Below are positions 12,365 through 24,998 of a stretch of DNA of 64,000 bases, piece by piece (positions within the stretch are counted from its first letter, which is position 1; every line of letters begins with the position of its first letter). Origin of the DNA: Felis catus (Eukaryota); contig NC_058373.1 of NCBI RefSeq assembly GCF_018350175.1, positions 101,868,001 through 101,932,000 of the forward strand. The letters are read 5' to 3'. Below the pieces are notes generated by a model, which saw nothing but the letters and a program-made list of their open reading frames with translations, made no database searches and was not told where the DNA came from. Made by a program: the position numbers and the translations under genes.

Positions 12365-14374
12365 CACATAGTCATTTCCTTTCTGGGTACCCCTGATGGG
12401 GGGGGATGGAGTGGTAGGTGGATGGCATCTGATTCCAGGAAGTCTTAGAGGATTGGTCTAAAACCCAGGCACAAGTAGTAGTACGACAGGACAGAGTATG
12501 AGGCACAGGACCATGCCAGGGCTCAGAGGGAGTCAGGGAAACCCCCATTTCTGCTTGGGAAGACCCACGTGGGTAGTGGTGATGCCTGAGCCCATCAGTC
12601 ACATGCGATTCCAACAAACGGGCTTGTTTGGAGACAGAAGAGTGCTGGAGGGAGGCTGAGCATGACGCTGGGAATCCAGAATGACCTCTTGTCTGTCAGA
12701 TTCAGAAACTTCCATGATTCTGCGATTGAGAATTGCTTCTCAGACTGATTTATTCATACCTCGGAGCCCACCACACACACAAAATCATCTTCTTCCCAAA
12801 AGAGCTCCAAAAACATTCATCTAGCAACATACTTTTAAAGAAAATTTAGATTACTTCTTACAGATTGCCTGTCTTATGGAGGCGGATGAGAAGTTGGCCT
12901 GGGAGTGTTTTTGAAAGGATTGTTTAAGTGATCGTTTGAGCCAAAAAGAAATCACCTTTTTATTATTCAAGGCAAAAGGCTCTTTCAAGCCAGCTGATTG
13001 AAGTGTAAAATTGCCCACACAGGAGAATTGGGGAAGCAAATCTTCAGGTACAGCCAGGTGAGCACAGTCTTTTAGTGAGTGGTGGATGCATTTAGATCTT
13101 CTGTATGGAATCCCCGAGGCCAGTAGACTTACCAAAAAGGAATTGTTTAAAGTCTTGTCATTTCAAACTCCAGGCAAAATATTGGCAAAGAAAAGAGTTT
13201 TCCAAAGTCAACCCATCATTGGCTCAGATATTAATAGAAAATCAGGAGTCAAAAAAAAAAAGTCAGAAGATAGAGATTTTAAGTCAGGCCTGGTTTTAAT
13301 TTATATGTGGTTATTCTAACCAGTCAGACAAGCATACCCCACCCCACCCCCACCCCCATCCCAACCAATACCTTGTCCCAGGCATAAATTATTCACCCGT
13401 TAGAGATGAATTAACCTTTTTTTAAGGGTTTCACCTTAAGGGTCATTAATTTAGCAAATTAACTGACATTCCTAGAAAAGCTCCATGGCTTGTGTCTGTA
13501 AATATTTACCCAGTTAGCGACACTTCAGACGGCACCCCCAAATCGCTGGTCCACTTCCAAAGGGTGAGCAGTTTACTTTCAGGAAATGGATTACTCACTT
13601 GTGGAATCAGACCAACACCCAGGCTGCTCAGTTTCAACATACTTTAAAATGCAAAAGGGAGCTTTCCTACCTCAAACTTTCAAAGCTTTTCCAGAAGAAC
13701 CCAGAGGGGCCAGCGTACTGAGCCCAGTGAGACTGGTTCGGCCCGTATGGTTGAACACCATGATGGTGGCTACAGCCTGGTGGTGGGTGGCTGCTAAGAG
13801 ACATCCCTGAGTGCCTGGAGAGAAGCCTCCCGGGCCCACCCTGTCCCCATTTGCCAAACACCTACGGGAAACGAGGGAAATCTGTGGAAAGGCCGGAGTG
13901 TGCTCAGCTGAGACTCAGCCCCACTCCACGCCCCCCTCTAGCTGCCTCTGGTGGTTTCAGTTCTCAGCTGCAGCTGCCCACAGCTGTCTGGGAGGTGGAT
14001 CTGGGCCTGGGGAGGCAGTAGGGGCTGGGGGTGGAATATGGAAGGTTTTTGAACCTGGCCCTTTTTGCCCAGCTAGCCAAAATAGGCCGTCAGGAGGCTC
14101 CCCCTGTGAAGCTTTCATTTGGGGGTTAAGCGGCGTACCTCAGAGGGAGACCCTGGGCAGGAAGGGGCTTGCACAGTCTGCTGTTCAGTTCTGGATGCCA
14201 GGTTTTCAGAGAGATACCGAGTAAACCCAGAGGAGTGTGGCCAGGAAGCTGTAAGGGTCTAGACTTTGCTCATAGACATCATATTATCTAAAGATTATTA
14301 GAAGGAACTGGGGATTTTGAGGTTGAAAAAGAAAATTTAGGGAGATAGCTATCCTGTGAAAGGGGGAATAGATT

Positions 14375-15100
14375 TTTTTTAAATTTTAATTGCAATAAAA
14401 TGTACATAACATTTGCCGTTTGATCATTTTTTTTAAATTTTTTTTTAATGTTTATTTATTTTTGAGACAGAGAGAGACAGAGCATGAACACGGGAGGGTC
14501 AGAGAGAGAGGGAGACACAGAATCTGAAGCAGACTCCAGGCTCTGAGCTGTCAGCACAGAGCCCGATGCGGGGCTCGAACCCACGAACCGTGAGATCATG
14601 ACCTAAGCCGAAGTCGGACGCCCAACCGACCGAGCCACCCGGGCGCCCCCGTTTGATCATTTTTAAGTGTACAGTCCTGTTATACTAATTATATGCCCCG
14701 TGCGGTGCTACTTTCACCGCTCTGCATTTCCAAAACCTTTTCATCATCCCAAATAGAAACTCTTCACACATTAAACAATAGCTACCCCCCCCCCCCTCAG
14801 CCCCAGGTGACCACGATTCTACTTTCTGTCTCTCTGAATTTGCCTACTCTAGGTACTCCTATAAGAGGAATCATATGCTATTTGTTCTTTAGTGCCTGGC
14901 TTCCTTTATTTCACTTAATGTTTTCAGTTTTTATCCATGTTGCAGCATGTATCAGAATTTCGCTCCTTTTAAAGGCTGAATAGTATTCCATTGTATGTAT
15001 ATACCAGACTTTGTTTATCCGTTCATCTGTTGGTGGACATTTGGGTTGCTTTTGGTTATTGTGAATAAGGCTGCTATGAATGGGTGTACAAGTATCTCTA
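14375..15100 (-). mobile_element. L1 (L1MA/MB-like) 3' end, interrupted by a Can-SINE
   Basis: Typical antisense L1 3'UTR: tccatgttgcagcatgtatcag...aaggctgaatagtattccattgtatg...ggacatttgggttg. Confidence 0.85.
14431..14648 (-). mobile_element. Can-SINE nested in L1
   Basis: TSD ccgtttgatcatttt at 14416-14430 and 14649-14663. Confidence 0.95.
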
Positions 15101-18100
15101 GATTTCTTCTTTGTGGGTTTCAGAAAAATTGACCTTTGTTGAATGGGAAGAAGTTGCAGAGGCCAATTATGGCTTTAATAATCCTAGCCCCTTTGATGGT
15201 AAAAGTGGGCTCCCCATGGCTAGGAAGGAGCTCAGCCTTGGTGAGCATCACAGAAGAATCATGGGGTGGGACCCCCCACAAATAGTAAAGGAAAGGGAAT
15301 CTTTGAGGGCCCTTCCAATCTCCAGAATTCTGTGATTCTCAGGCATATGGAGTGCACATCCTAAGGGAACCATCTGGAAAAAAAAGTGGTATCTGACCAA
15401 CTTTCCCCTGAGGAGAAAAAGGGGAAGTGTGATGGTGGGGGGTGGGAGGTGAGGTCCACAGTTCTCAGCACAATCCCCTCGGTCTGCCCAGAAAGGAGGG
15501 CTTCCCCTGGGAGACCCGTCTGAGCCCCATCTCCTTGTAGGCTATGCTGAGTCCAGGTCAGGGGATGAGGGAAGGTGGAGAATGCTGGGTTGGGGAATGT
15601 TCAGGAATGAGTGTCAGCTGAGGTGGGGATGCCCTGGGATCCAACACAATTAGCTTCATTCTGTCACAGTTGGGGGTTTTCTTATCATTAGTTGGGGAGG
15701 CCTAGCCAGAGAATTCCAGTATTCCAGAGTGAGTTTAATTGTGGGTGATTTCATTCTGCCCTTTTTATGTCGAAGCCAGAGGCTTGCGTCATATAACAGT
15801 GAATTCAGGGAGATTTTTTATTTGCATGTGAATCATAGCTTTTCCAGCTGAATGTCACTTACTTGGAATTTTTGTCTGATTTTGTTTTTGTTTTTGTCTC
15901 TTGGTGTTTTTCCATCGGGCTCTTTGGCTAACCAGAAAAAAAAAAAAAAAAAAAAAAAAAACTAGAGGAAGGGCTCAATCTGACTGGAGCAGGGTTTGAG
16001 TTGGCAACTCAAAAAGAAGAGTATTATGAATGTGAAAAAAAGAAAACGGATGCTTTATTTTGCTTTGAGGGAGGGACCGAGGCCAAGTCAAATTGAGAGC
16101 TCTAATTTGGGAATGGTGTTATTACAGGTCACTGGGAGTTGGTTACGCTCTAAATTGGGAGGCCAGTCACATGAGGAGGCAGCAAAGGCGGATCACATGG
16201 GGGACAGTCGGGGCTCTTTTACAATGAACTTTTATTTTATTTACTACACAGTTGAAATGTACTTCTTTCGTGTTGAGAAACCAAGTCACCTTACTGGCGG
16301 TGAGCACTCCCTATGTTGGCCCATCAGTTGTTTTATTAGTGAGTCAGTTCTTGCCATGTGTAGGTTTTCTGGGGCTTTATTTAGGTACTGGAATCTGTTC
16401 AGTGATTAGTGGAGCAAGCCATGTGCTAAAGGTTATTTATCTGCTCTGCACCTTCACCTTCAGATCTTCTTCTGAGGGGCTTGCATTATTCTCTTCCAAA
16501 GGCCCTACCCCATTTTTGATCTCAAGGTCAAGACATTCTGATATATATCCATGTAAATATATATATAACCTCTATTTATTAGGTTATCTTTCATGTCCTG
16601 TTACTATTAATATCAGCCTGCAAAATAAAAACCAAAAAAGATGGGTACTGCTCCCCACCATGGGCAGCTGGGAACAAAGTGTTCTTCCTACCCCAAATCG
16701 CAGACAGACCCTTGATGCCCTTGGCATCTCGGGGATGACCTGGAAAGGTGTGTGTGGTAAGCTGCTGATTTTTTGTGGAGAATCAAAATTGGCTTTTTTT
16801 GATGTAGAAAGCCCTGATTAGTTGGCTGTGTTTGAAATAAAAACAAAAATGCAGCCCAAGAAGAATATCTAGAACTCCGCGTCCAGTGCAAACAAGTTGT
16901 GCTCATGGTCCTAAATGGGGCGCGTTACTAAGTCTGTGACACAGAGAGTCTGCTGGTGCTTCCAAAGCATGTGGACCGGCGATGCTTGTGATCAAGGTTA
17001 GGAATAGAAGGTGTGTGGAAACTTTCTATAAAAGGCAGCCGGGGCCCCTGGACTGGTGTGGATGAGTGGTCAGGAAACTCTGGCACTGTTCATGGGCATA
17101 CCAGAGTGTTGCTGCATGACCTTGTGTGAGCTTCTCTGTGCCTCAGTTTCCCTGAAGCACAATATTGGTTTTGGGAGGGGAGGATAAAGGATTCCAGAGA
17201 CGTATGAGGTGTGAGATGTTAGCAGTAAATGGAGGGAGCGGGTGCCACATGGTATCACAGGAGCTCCAGTCAGGCCATGTGTCCCCAAACATGGCTGGGC
17301 CTCTGGTCTCTCCTCCAGCATCGTCCACTGTGGGCGATGCCTCTGACATCACAATACCCAGCTGGACACTCAATAATGATGAGCTGTGCCCAGTGGACAC
17401 CAGAGGAGGGGAGAAAAGGAGGAGGACAAAGTGGGGAGGGAGGAGATGGAGCAATCCCTTATGTGATAATTCCATCAACTCAGCTTTTCATCTACCATCT
17501 GGTTCAACTGTAATGTGTTCAGCTCCATATAACCTATACAGCGTCTGTGCCCTCTCCCCCAAACTCAGCAAAATCTTAACGGTCCTCTAATCAAGAGAGA
17601 ATTTTGCTCCTGTTGCTGCGTGTCGTGGTTCATCATCGGACTCGTGAGTTGATACTTCTTTACCTGACGGCTCTCCGGAGCAACCGTCTAGAGGTAATGG
17701 TCTGACTGCGTGGTCTAGGCTCTTCTGGGCCAACTGCACACCCACCTCCATCCTTCTCGGAGCAGCGCAGAACTCCGGGGTGGGGGCGATGTGGGAGTGG
17801 TTTGCGACGGTGTGGTTCTACGGTCAAGATACTTTAGAACGGAAATTCTCACCTACATTTTATCATGAGCCACCCCCAGGCCTGGTCAGACTTTGTTAAT
17901 GGTTCTAACAGCATTCTGAAACCCAAGTGGGCTGGATCGAGGCCTCTCTGTTGAGCCTTTGAGGGTGCCGTCACTCCTTTTTACTAGCTAGGTTGCTGTA
18001 ACCGCAACACTTGAGAGATCATCCCTCTCCTAGAAATATTATGACGTTTTGCTTGCTTATTTGTTGATAACTTTCTTAAAACTCCAACAACTTCCTCTTA

Positions 18101-18254
18101 AAAATAGGTCCCTGCCACCGACTGAGTTGATTCCTCTTAGCCCTTCTCCTGGTAGGATATTATTTTTCCTACCTGGTTTCACATCAGCCTTAACCTGCTG
18201 ACCATGCCAACGCTAGAAATTGGAGGCCTTGATTTTTCTCTTAGTTCCTTTGAC

Positions 18255-18425
18255 CAGTGGTTCTCAAACTTAAGCCTGGATTCAAATCACCTGAAGGGGT
18301 TTTTAAACAGAGTTTCTGATTTAGTAGATCTATAATGGGGATCCAGATTTTGCATTTCTAACAGGTTCCCAGGTGTGTGTGGGGTGGGGGGGACTGGGGG
18401 TGGTACGATACTCTAAGAACCTGTG
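18255..18425. mobile_element. MER5A-like hAT-Charlie MITE
   Basis: cagtggttctcaaactt...aatcacctg...tttgcatttctaacaggttcccagg. Confidence 0.75.
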
Positions 18426-18529
18426 TCTTAGGCCTTTTTGGCTCTCCTAGCCTCTCCTCCTCCCCTTCCCCAGCCTGCAGGAGAGGATCCCATGGAGCAT
18501 TGCCCTGGTCCCTTCTCTGATGGTGGCCA

Positions 18530-18760
18530 TCCTTAACAATTTTATAGCATTCACTATGGGCCAGACAGTGGTCCCTTGCTTTACACAGATTAAATAATTC
18601 AAACATCTTAACAGTCCTATGAGGTATCCCATTTTCCAAATGAGGAAACTGAAGTGTGTAGAGCGGTTAAGTGAATTGCCCAAGGTCACACTGCTAACCA
18701 AATGGATGGTCGGAATTCAAGATTCAAGCCCAGACAACACAGCTAGAATCTATGCTCTCA
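18530..18760 (-). mobile_element. MIR SINE
   Basis: cccattttccaaatgaggaaactgaag...ggttaagtgaattgcccaaggtcacac. Confidence 0.85.
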
Positions 18761-18927
18761 GTCGCTCTGCTTTCTTATCTTTCTTTTCCTCAAGTCACTT
18801 AGAGCACCTGATGCTCCTACAGTTTTTGGAAGTGAATACCTCAGAAAGGACACCCAAGACAACTGAGCATATCTTAGGTACTTGTAACCTATGTCTTGGG
18901 GTCTGAGTCTCCAGACAGCTCGGCTTC

Positions 18928-18930
<3 letters not shown>

Positions 18931-18978
<48 letters not shown>
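18931..18978. repeat. (GT)24 microsatellite
   Basis: Direct count. Confidence 0.95.
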
Positions 18979-18980
<2 letters not shown>

Positions 18981-19235
18981 GTTAGTGGGAGATGGCTCTT
19001 TGAGAGCTGACTGAACCTCAGGAGGACCTTGGGAGGAGCTAATGTGAAGACACGAGCGGCATCCACCTCCGAAGGGAGGCCAGAGCTCCCCTTCTGCTAG
19101 AGCCCAGTGTCCCCTCACTATTCTGCCCTAGTCCGAAGGTTTCTGCTGTTGACACTTACCACCCTAACCAGAGACAGACAAAGCTGGGCAGGAACAGATC
19201 TGCTGTGTCAGCGGTTATGATAGAAAAGCACACGT

Positions 19236-19323
19236 GTCTACGGCCATACCACCCTGAACGTGCCCGATCTCTTCTGATCTTGGAAGCTAAGCAGGGTCGG
19301 GCCTAGTTAGTACTTGGATGGGA
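19236..19323 (+). pseudogene. 5S rRNA retropseudogene, 3'-truncated (nt 1-88), tailless
   Basis: GTCTACGGCCATACCACCCTGAACG...GTTAGTACTTGGATGGGA, 4 mismatches in 88 nt to the mammalian 5S rRNA; flanked by gaaaagcacacgt (19223-19235) and gaaaagcacatgt (19322-19334). Confidence 0.95.
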
Positions 19324-19969
19324 AAAGCACATGTATCTCTTGTCCAGTGTGGTCCAGCAAGCCTGCGTGATCAAGCACTGACCTAGACAAGCATTAAGAG
19401 ACACATAAATGGGAGGCACTGTGCCAGCCCTCAGGGAGCCAGCAGTCTTCATTCAGGAGAGAGTCACACAGCACGTACATCATTGAGCTGGTCTGTGTGG
19501 TAGAGAGGCAGTGAGGGCTAGAGCAGATCAACAGGGAGGAGGCAGATTCTTAAGCCACGTCATGGATGAGAATGGGGAGCACGAGGGGAAGGGTTTGGAT
19601 GTATGCAGGGCATATCTACCGCGGAAAATATTTGATGATAAATCTTTTAAGATTTGAACTGCCACAAGTTGTCTCCATTGGTGTAGTGATAATCGATTAA
19701 GCTTTTTGTGTTTTTTTCCAGTAAACAATGTGTTGGATGCTGATTGGAGGTCTGCTGGAGGTTCTGGGGGTTATTTTAGAAAATGGATTCTATTCCTTAC
19801 AGAGTTGCTGGTTGGTTCTATAAATGGAGGCCTTCTTAAAGTATTTTTTCTACCTCTCTGGTCTGATTCTCTCCAATTTTTTTGTATTGCGGACATTTCT
19901 GTGGGGTACAAAACTTTTCCCATGGCTATCTCTGACCCCACACACCCCATTAAGGAGGACAGACCCTAT

Positions 19970-20192
19970 GGGGCGCCTGAGTGGCACAGTCGGTTAAGCG
20001 TCCAACTTCAGCCAGGTCACGATCTCGCGGTCTGTGGGTTCGAGCCCCGCGTCAGGCTCTGGGCTGATGGCTCAGAGCCTGGATCCTGCTTCCGATTCTG
20101 TGTCTCCCTCTCTCTCTGCCCCTCCCCCGTTCATGCTCTGTCTCTCTCTGTCTCAAAAATAAATAAATGTTAAAAAAAAAAAATTAAAAAAA
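19970..20192 (+). mobile_element. Young Can-SINE (cagccaggtcacgatctcgcggtc subtype)
   Basis: CpG-rich, intact A-tail, 17-bp TSD aaggaggacagacccta at 19952-19968 and 20193-20209. Confidence 0.96.
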
Positions 20193-20315
20193 AAGGAGGA
20201 CAGACCCTAACACTGGGCCATCAACATTGATAGGGACTAAAGATAAGGACCCAACAGCTTAATAAATACATCCCCCCTTAAAGGTGGTGGTGTAAAGCTA
20301 GATTAAAACAAAATG

Positions 20316-20547
20316 GAGCGTGCCTGGGTGGCTCAGTTGGTTGAATGTCCGACTTCGGCTCAGGTCATGATCTCGCAGTCTGTGAGTTCCAGCCCAGCGT
20401 TGGGCTCTGTGCTGACAGCTCAGAGCCTACAGCCTGCTTCGGATTCTGTGTTTTCCTCTCTCTCTGCCCCTCCCCCGCTCATGCTCGCTCGCTCTCTCTC
20501 TCTCTCTCAGCCAAAAATAAATAAACATTAAAAAAAGCTTTTTTTAA
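20316..20547 (+). mobile_element. Can-SINE (SINEC_Fc-like)
   Basis: Sense element; TSD aaaacaaaatgg. Confidence 0.93.
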
Positions 20548-22894
20548 AAAACAAAATGGGCCACTCCTGTCACTCCCAGCACTAGACCAGTGTTATATAA
20601 GTCCTCTTGCTGTTTTTGGGTCCTCTTTTGGTTTAGAATTCTAGACAGTATGTTTGAGGCTCAGAAAGGATGCACAAGAAGCTTTGTCTATAGTCTATAA
20701 AACTGTGGGCTGTGCGCTCTTGTCTCCTCCTGCAACTTTCCCACAAAGTCTGCTAAAGCAAAGCGTCCTCATCTGGTTAGTGCTCCTGATTCTGGTCCAG
20801 CCACTGACCACTGGGTCTCTTTAATTTCAAGGTGGGATGCCCAGAAGGAGGGAATAGCCCAAAAGGACAGACACGGCCTTGGCCATTCTCATTTCTGATT
20901 ACAGAACTTCATCCTTTTCTATTGTCCTTCCTGCCTTTCTTCCTTCTTAACAGAGGACTTTAGGAATTAAAAAGTAGCTCCCCTTCTCAAGAAAACCAAA
21001 ACAACCTTATTCTGAGCACATCGACAGACCTACTTACCTGAAAATGAGTTTGATGCACAAAGAACAGGTGAAAGAAAATAAACTGCCTTTTCTGCTTACC
21101 TTTGCATAAATTCCTGGAGTTGGCTAATAGCTCAAGAGAACCAGAAGGAGAGGTGTGCCTCTCACTCCCTCTACAGGGCTATACCTAATGAGGAAAAGCA
21201 AGCAGGATTGGAAACGTTTGAGGGTTGCTTACCCAACTCAATCCTTACACAGTTGATGAGGCCCTTCTTTTCAGATACAGTAACAGTTAATTTGTGACCA
21301 TGGATTTGAATATCCTCCCTCCACAGAATTGTCCATTCTCTCCTCCCCTAGAATAACTTTTACATGTATTTCAGATTTCATACCTAAATGAGTGATACAT
21401 GAATTTTACAGTCAACTTTTCTGGCACGTCTATTTTGGGGATGTATATGTGCTGTTCCTTGGTGACAGTATTTACACACATCACAGGGCTCTTACATTCG
21501 CACTTACACTTTGGATTCCCATCTCTCAGGATGGGAAATTTTGCCTGTTAGTTGCTGAGCAACTTCCACATTATTTTAGAAAGTGTGAGACTTAACAGCC
21601 CAGACTCATTTGAAGACACAGAATGGCCCCCTGTTGTCACAGGTGAATCGGCCCTTCCCAGACTTTGTGAGGTTTGTAAACCTACTGTGGGAAGTGGCTG
21701 TTGTTCAGTTTGGTCTGTTGGATCAAGCATGAACTATTCCTTTGAGATTTGACCTGTGTATATTTCTCTCAGGGCACTCCTTATGGACTCCATCTGGCCA
21801 TTGCCAAAGATTTTAGCCTGGAGTTCTTCACTAATAAATACGATGGCAGGTAGGCTACCTGGGCAACAGTGTGCTTCTTTCAAAGTTCTCATTTGTAGAG
21901 CTGCTCATGGAATAAGGCCCGAATCTGAGTGTTCTCGGACAAAGCATGTTTTCCTCCTTTGCAAGGTCAGCATGAGGATTGCCAATTCATTATTCTGAAA
22001 TACTATTGGAGAGTCATTCTGTGGTGTGTGGGGTTTTGTCAGTGGTGGTCTGGGAGTGCGAGAACGGCACTGAAGTTTAGTGAGTGGGAAAACTTCCTGC
22101 TCTGGGAACATTTATAGCCTCTCCTCTGAGAGGTTTTTGGTATAAAAAAAACTAGCTGAATGTGGTTTGTAAGGATTTGTCTTGCATTTGTCAAGAGTAA
22201 GGTAACATTTTCTTCATCTCTAATTTATATGACTCTTAGGAGACCCATTCCTGTGAGGTTTTATTAGAACATAATTACTTACGGCCAAAAAATTTGGATG
22301 TTACAATAGTTTTAACACAGCCCTATTGGCATTGGTTTTCTTTCTTTCTTCAACAGATGTTTGCAAGAGAGTCCTATTAAATACATCTAATTCTGCTGCC
22401 TCAGCCTAATGAATCTTTATCATGAAGATTACTTTAATTGGTGTCAGTTACAATCAAGAAAATCACCCATTATGCTTTTGTTTTCCAGCACGTGGGGAAA
22501 TTTTCCATCCTAACAATACTGAGAGGGGAATGTAGCAAAGATTTTGAAAATTAAGTTAGTCATTTTATTTTCCTCTTTTACACGTTCCTGTTTTTATTTG
22601 ACACTAAAGCTAAAAGTAATCAGAATTCTGCACAGTCCACCTAGAAAGAGGTGACTGAACTGTTTCGGGGTGACCCGTGACACCTACAATAGTTTGCAGG
22701 TCACCGATTCTTCATTTAAAAGAAATTTCTAGGAAATGCCTAAGATTTGAGTAAGAAATCCCAAAGTCTAACAAACCACTCTCAAACAAAATGCCTGGGA
22801 ACAACTTTATGTAGCCATTTAAAAATGCGCTTGGTAAAGAAATGACAATGCATGGGAAAATGGGCACAACATTACTACCCACATAGAGCTATTG

Positions 22895-23735
22895 TCTAGT
22901 GGAGAAGTACAGAAAATAGGTGTGATACACAACAGGTCACATGGTAAATGCTGTGGAGAAAAATAAAGCAAGGCACGGTGGGTAAGGAAGTGTAAGGTGA
23001 GGGAGTAATATGGGCAATTTAAAATACTGTGGACAGAGAAGTTCTCACTCAGAAGGCAACATTTAAGCAAAGACATAACTGAGAGGGGCTGGATGTGGAT
23101 CTGGGTAGGGGAAAAAGCATTCCAGGCAGAAGAAACAGCAAATGCAAAGGTTGAGGGGTAGCACATATCCGGCATGTGAAAGAAACAACAAGGAATCCAA
23201 ATGGACTGAAAAGAACGAGGGACTAGTAGTGGGAATGAGGTTCCATCATAGAGGACCTAATACGTTATTGTATGGCTTTTGCTCAGAGATGAGAAACCGT
23301 TGGAATCTTTGATCAGAGAAGTGACATGACCTATCTTCCAGTATAAAAAGATGATTCTGTTCGTTATGTTGTTTGTGGGGCAGGAGGTGGATGGAATGCA
23401 GAAGCGTGGTGAGAGATGGTTAGAATCTGGGTATGTTTTAAAGATTCAGCACACAGAGTTGCTAACAGATTAAACATGGGATATAAGAGGAGTAGTCAGT
23501 CCATGATGCTTGAAGGTTTCAACCCAAGCTACTGGAAAGATAGACGAGCCATTGCTGAGATAGAACAGAGGACCGAAGGAGCAGCTCTAGTGACAGCAAG
23601 AGGGGGAACTCAGTTTTGGACAGAGTAACTTTGAGATCATCCCAGTGGCTGTGTAGAAGATGCAACTGAATGTGCATCCAAGATGAGACCTGGGCCAGAG
23701 ATGATACAAATGTGGGAGTCATCTGTACAGACACG
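22895..23735 (-). mobile_element. L2 LINE fragments
   Basis: gcattccaggcagaagaaacagcaaatgcaaagg and gagaagtgacatgacc motifs typical of antisense L2. Confidence 0.75.
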
Positions 23736-24209
23736 AGGTCAAAACTGAGGCAAGTGGTCAGGGGAGCTGGCCAGTTTTATGTGCCCGCTGGGAATGGGCA
23801 GCCTTAGACCTACAAAAGTTAGCCATGGCCAGGAGGAGGTCAGAAACCTGAATGTGAATCCCAGCCCTAACTTGAGCTCTTGGCCAAGATCTCAGGACTA
23901 GTTGACTACTGGTCTGGGTCCTTCAGGAGCAAAGGAGACCTCATGGAGCACCTAGTCATGCCAGTGCCCAGGAAAAAGAGTGACCAAGATAGAAAATCCC
24001 CCTTGAAGAATGACCAGATCACTTGGGAGTGGTAAGTGGGTATTGTAGGTGTCTGTTCAAGTCACAGGTACCCTTTGAAGATGGTCAGTGAATGACCAAC
24101 AGCTAATGACCCTCATGGTCCCAGAGAAAGCTCTAATGGTTATAATGGGCTATGCAGTCTACTACATAGATTCCTTTCTTTTCTAGTGAATTCAAGGGGC
24201 AGTAGCATT

Positions 24210-24431
24210 AAAAAATTTTTTTTTAATGTTTTTATTTATTTTTGAAGGAGAGAGAGAGAGACAGAGCATGAGTGGGGGAGGATCAGAGAGAACGGGAGAC
24301 AGAATTCGAAGCAGGCTCCAGGCTCCCAGCTGTCAGCACAGAGCCCGATGCAGGGCTCGAACTCACAAACTGTGAGATTATGACCTGAGCTGAAGTCGGA
24401 TGCTTAACCAACTGAGCCACCCAGGAGCCCT
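24210..24431 (-). mobile_element. Can-SINE (SINEC_Fc-like)
   Basis: TSD ggggcagtagcatt at 24196-24209 and 24432-24445. Confidence 0.95.
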
Positions 24432-24504
24432 GGGGCAGTAGCATTTTTGAGTGATTTTTTGTTTTTTTACCAAATAACATGAAGCTCTAATTAGTTAACT
24501 AGTA

Positions 24505-24998
24505 AGCTATATTCATCAACTATTGCTGTGTAACAAATCACCCCAAAACTTAAGAGCTTCACATCATCTTCCCCTCACAGTTTTCTGAGGGTCAGAAATT
24601 TGGGACAACCTTGCTGGGTAGTTCTGGCTTAAGGTCTCTTGCATGGTTGCAGTCAAGATATTGACTAGAACTGGAGAATCCACTTCCAAGGTAGCTCACT
24701 CACATGGCTGGCAAGTTGGTGCTGGCTGTTAGCAGGAGGTCCGATTTCCTCCCCACACAAGCCTCCCCCAGGGCTGCCTGAGTGTCTTCATAATTGATGT
24801 GGCTACCTTCCTGCAGAGTGAGGGAGCCAAGAGAGGAGGTGGAAGCTACAATGCCTTCTATGACCTAATCTCAGAACACCTTACCACACTCTATTGGTCA
24901 CACAGACCTGTTTGGATTCAGTGTGGGAGGAGAATACACAAGGGTGTGAATACTGAGAGGCAAGGATCCATGGGAGCCATCTTGGAAGCTGGCAGTTA
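24505..24998 (-). mobile_element. MLT1 (ERVL-MaLR) solo LTR
   Basis: ctattgctgtgtaacaaatcaccccaaaactta...tccacttccaaggtagctcactcacatggctggcaagttgg...gccatcttgga. Confidence 0.8.

Noticed and set aside
13337..13362. C-tract/G-quadruplex motifs (also ~18380 and ~55940)
   Set aside because: Common low-complexity motifs, two inside repeats; nothing indicates function.
16252..16821. 189-aa ORF and the many other 60-155-aa ORFs
   Set aside because: No recognisable domain; most have non-ATG starts or derive from SINE, L2 or microsatellite sequence (e.g. the recurring AQVMIS...LTAQSLEPASDS peptides).
19236..19323. Functional 5S rRNA gene
   Set aside because: Lacks the 3' third and terminator, has substitutions and a TSD, and is not in a tandem array.
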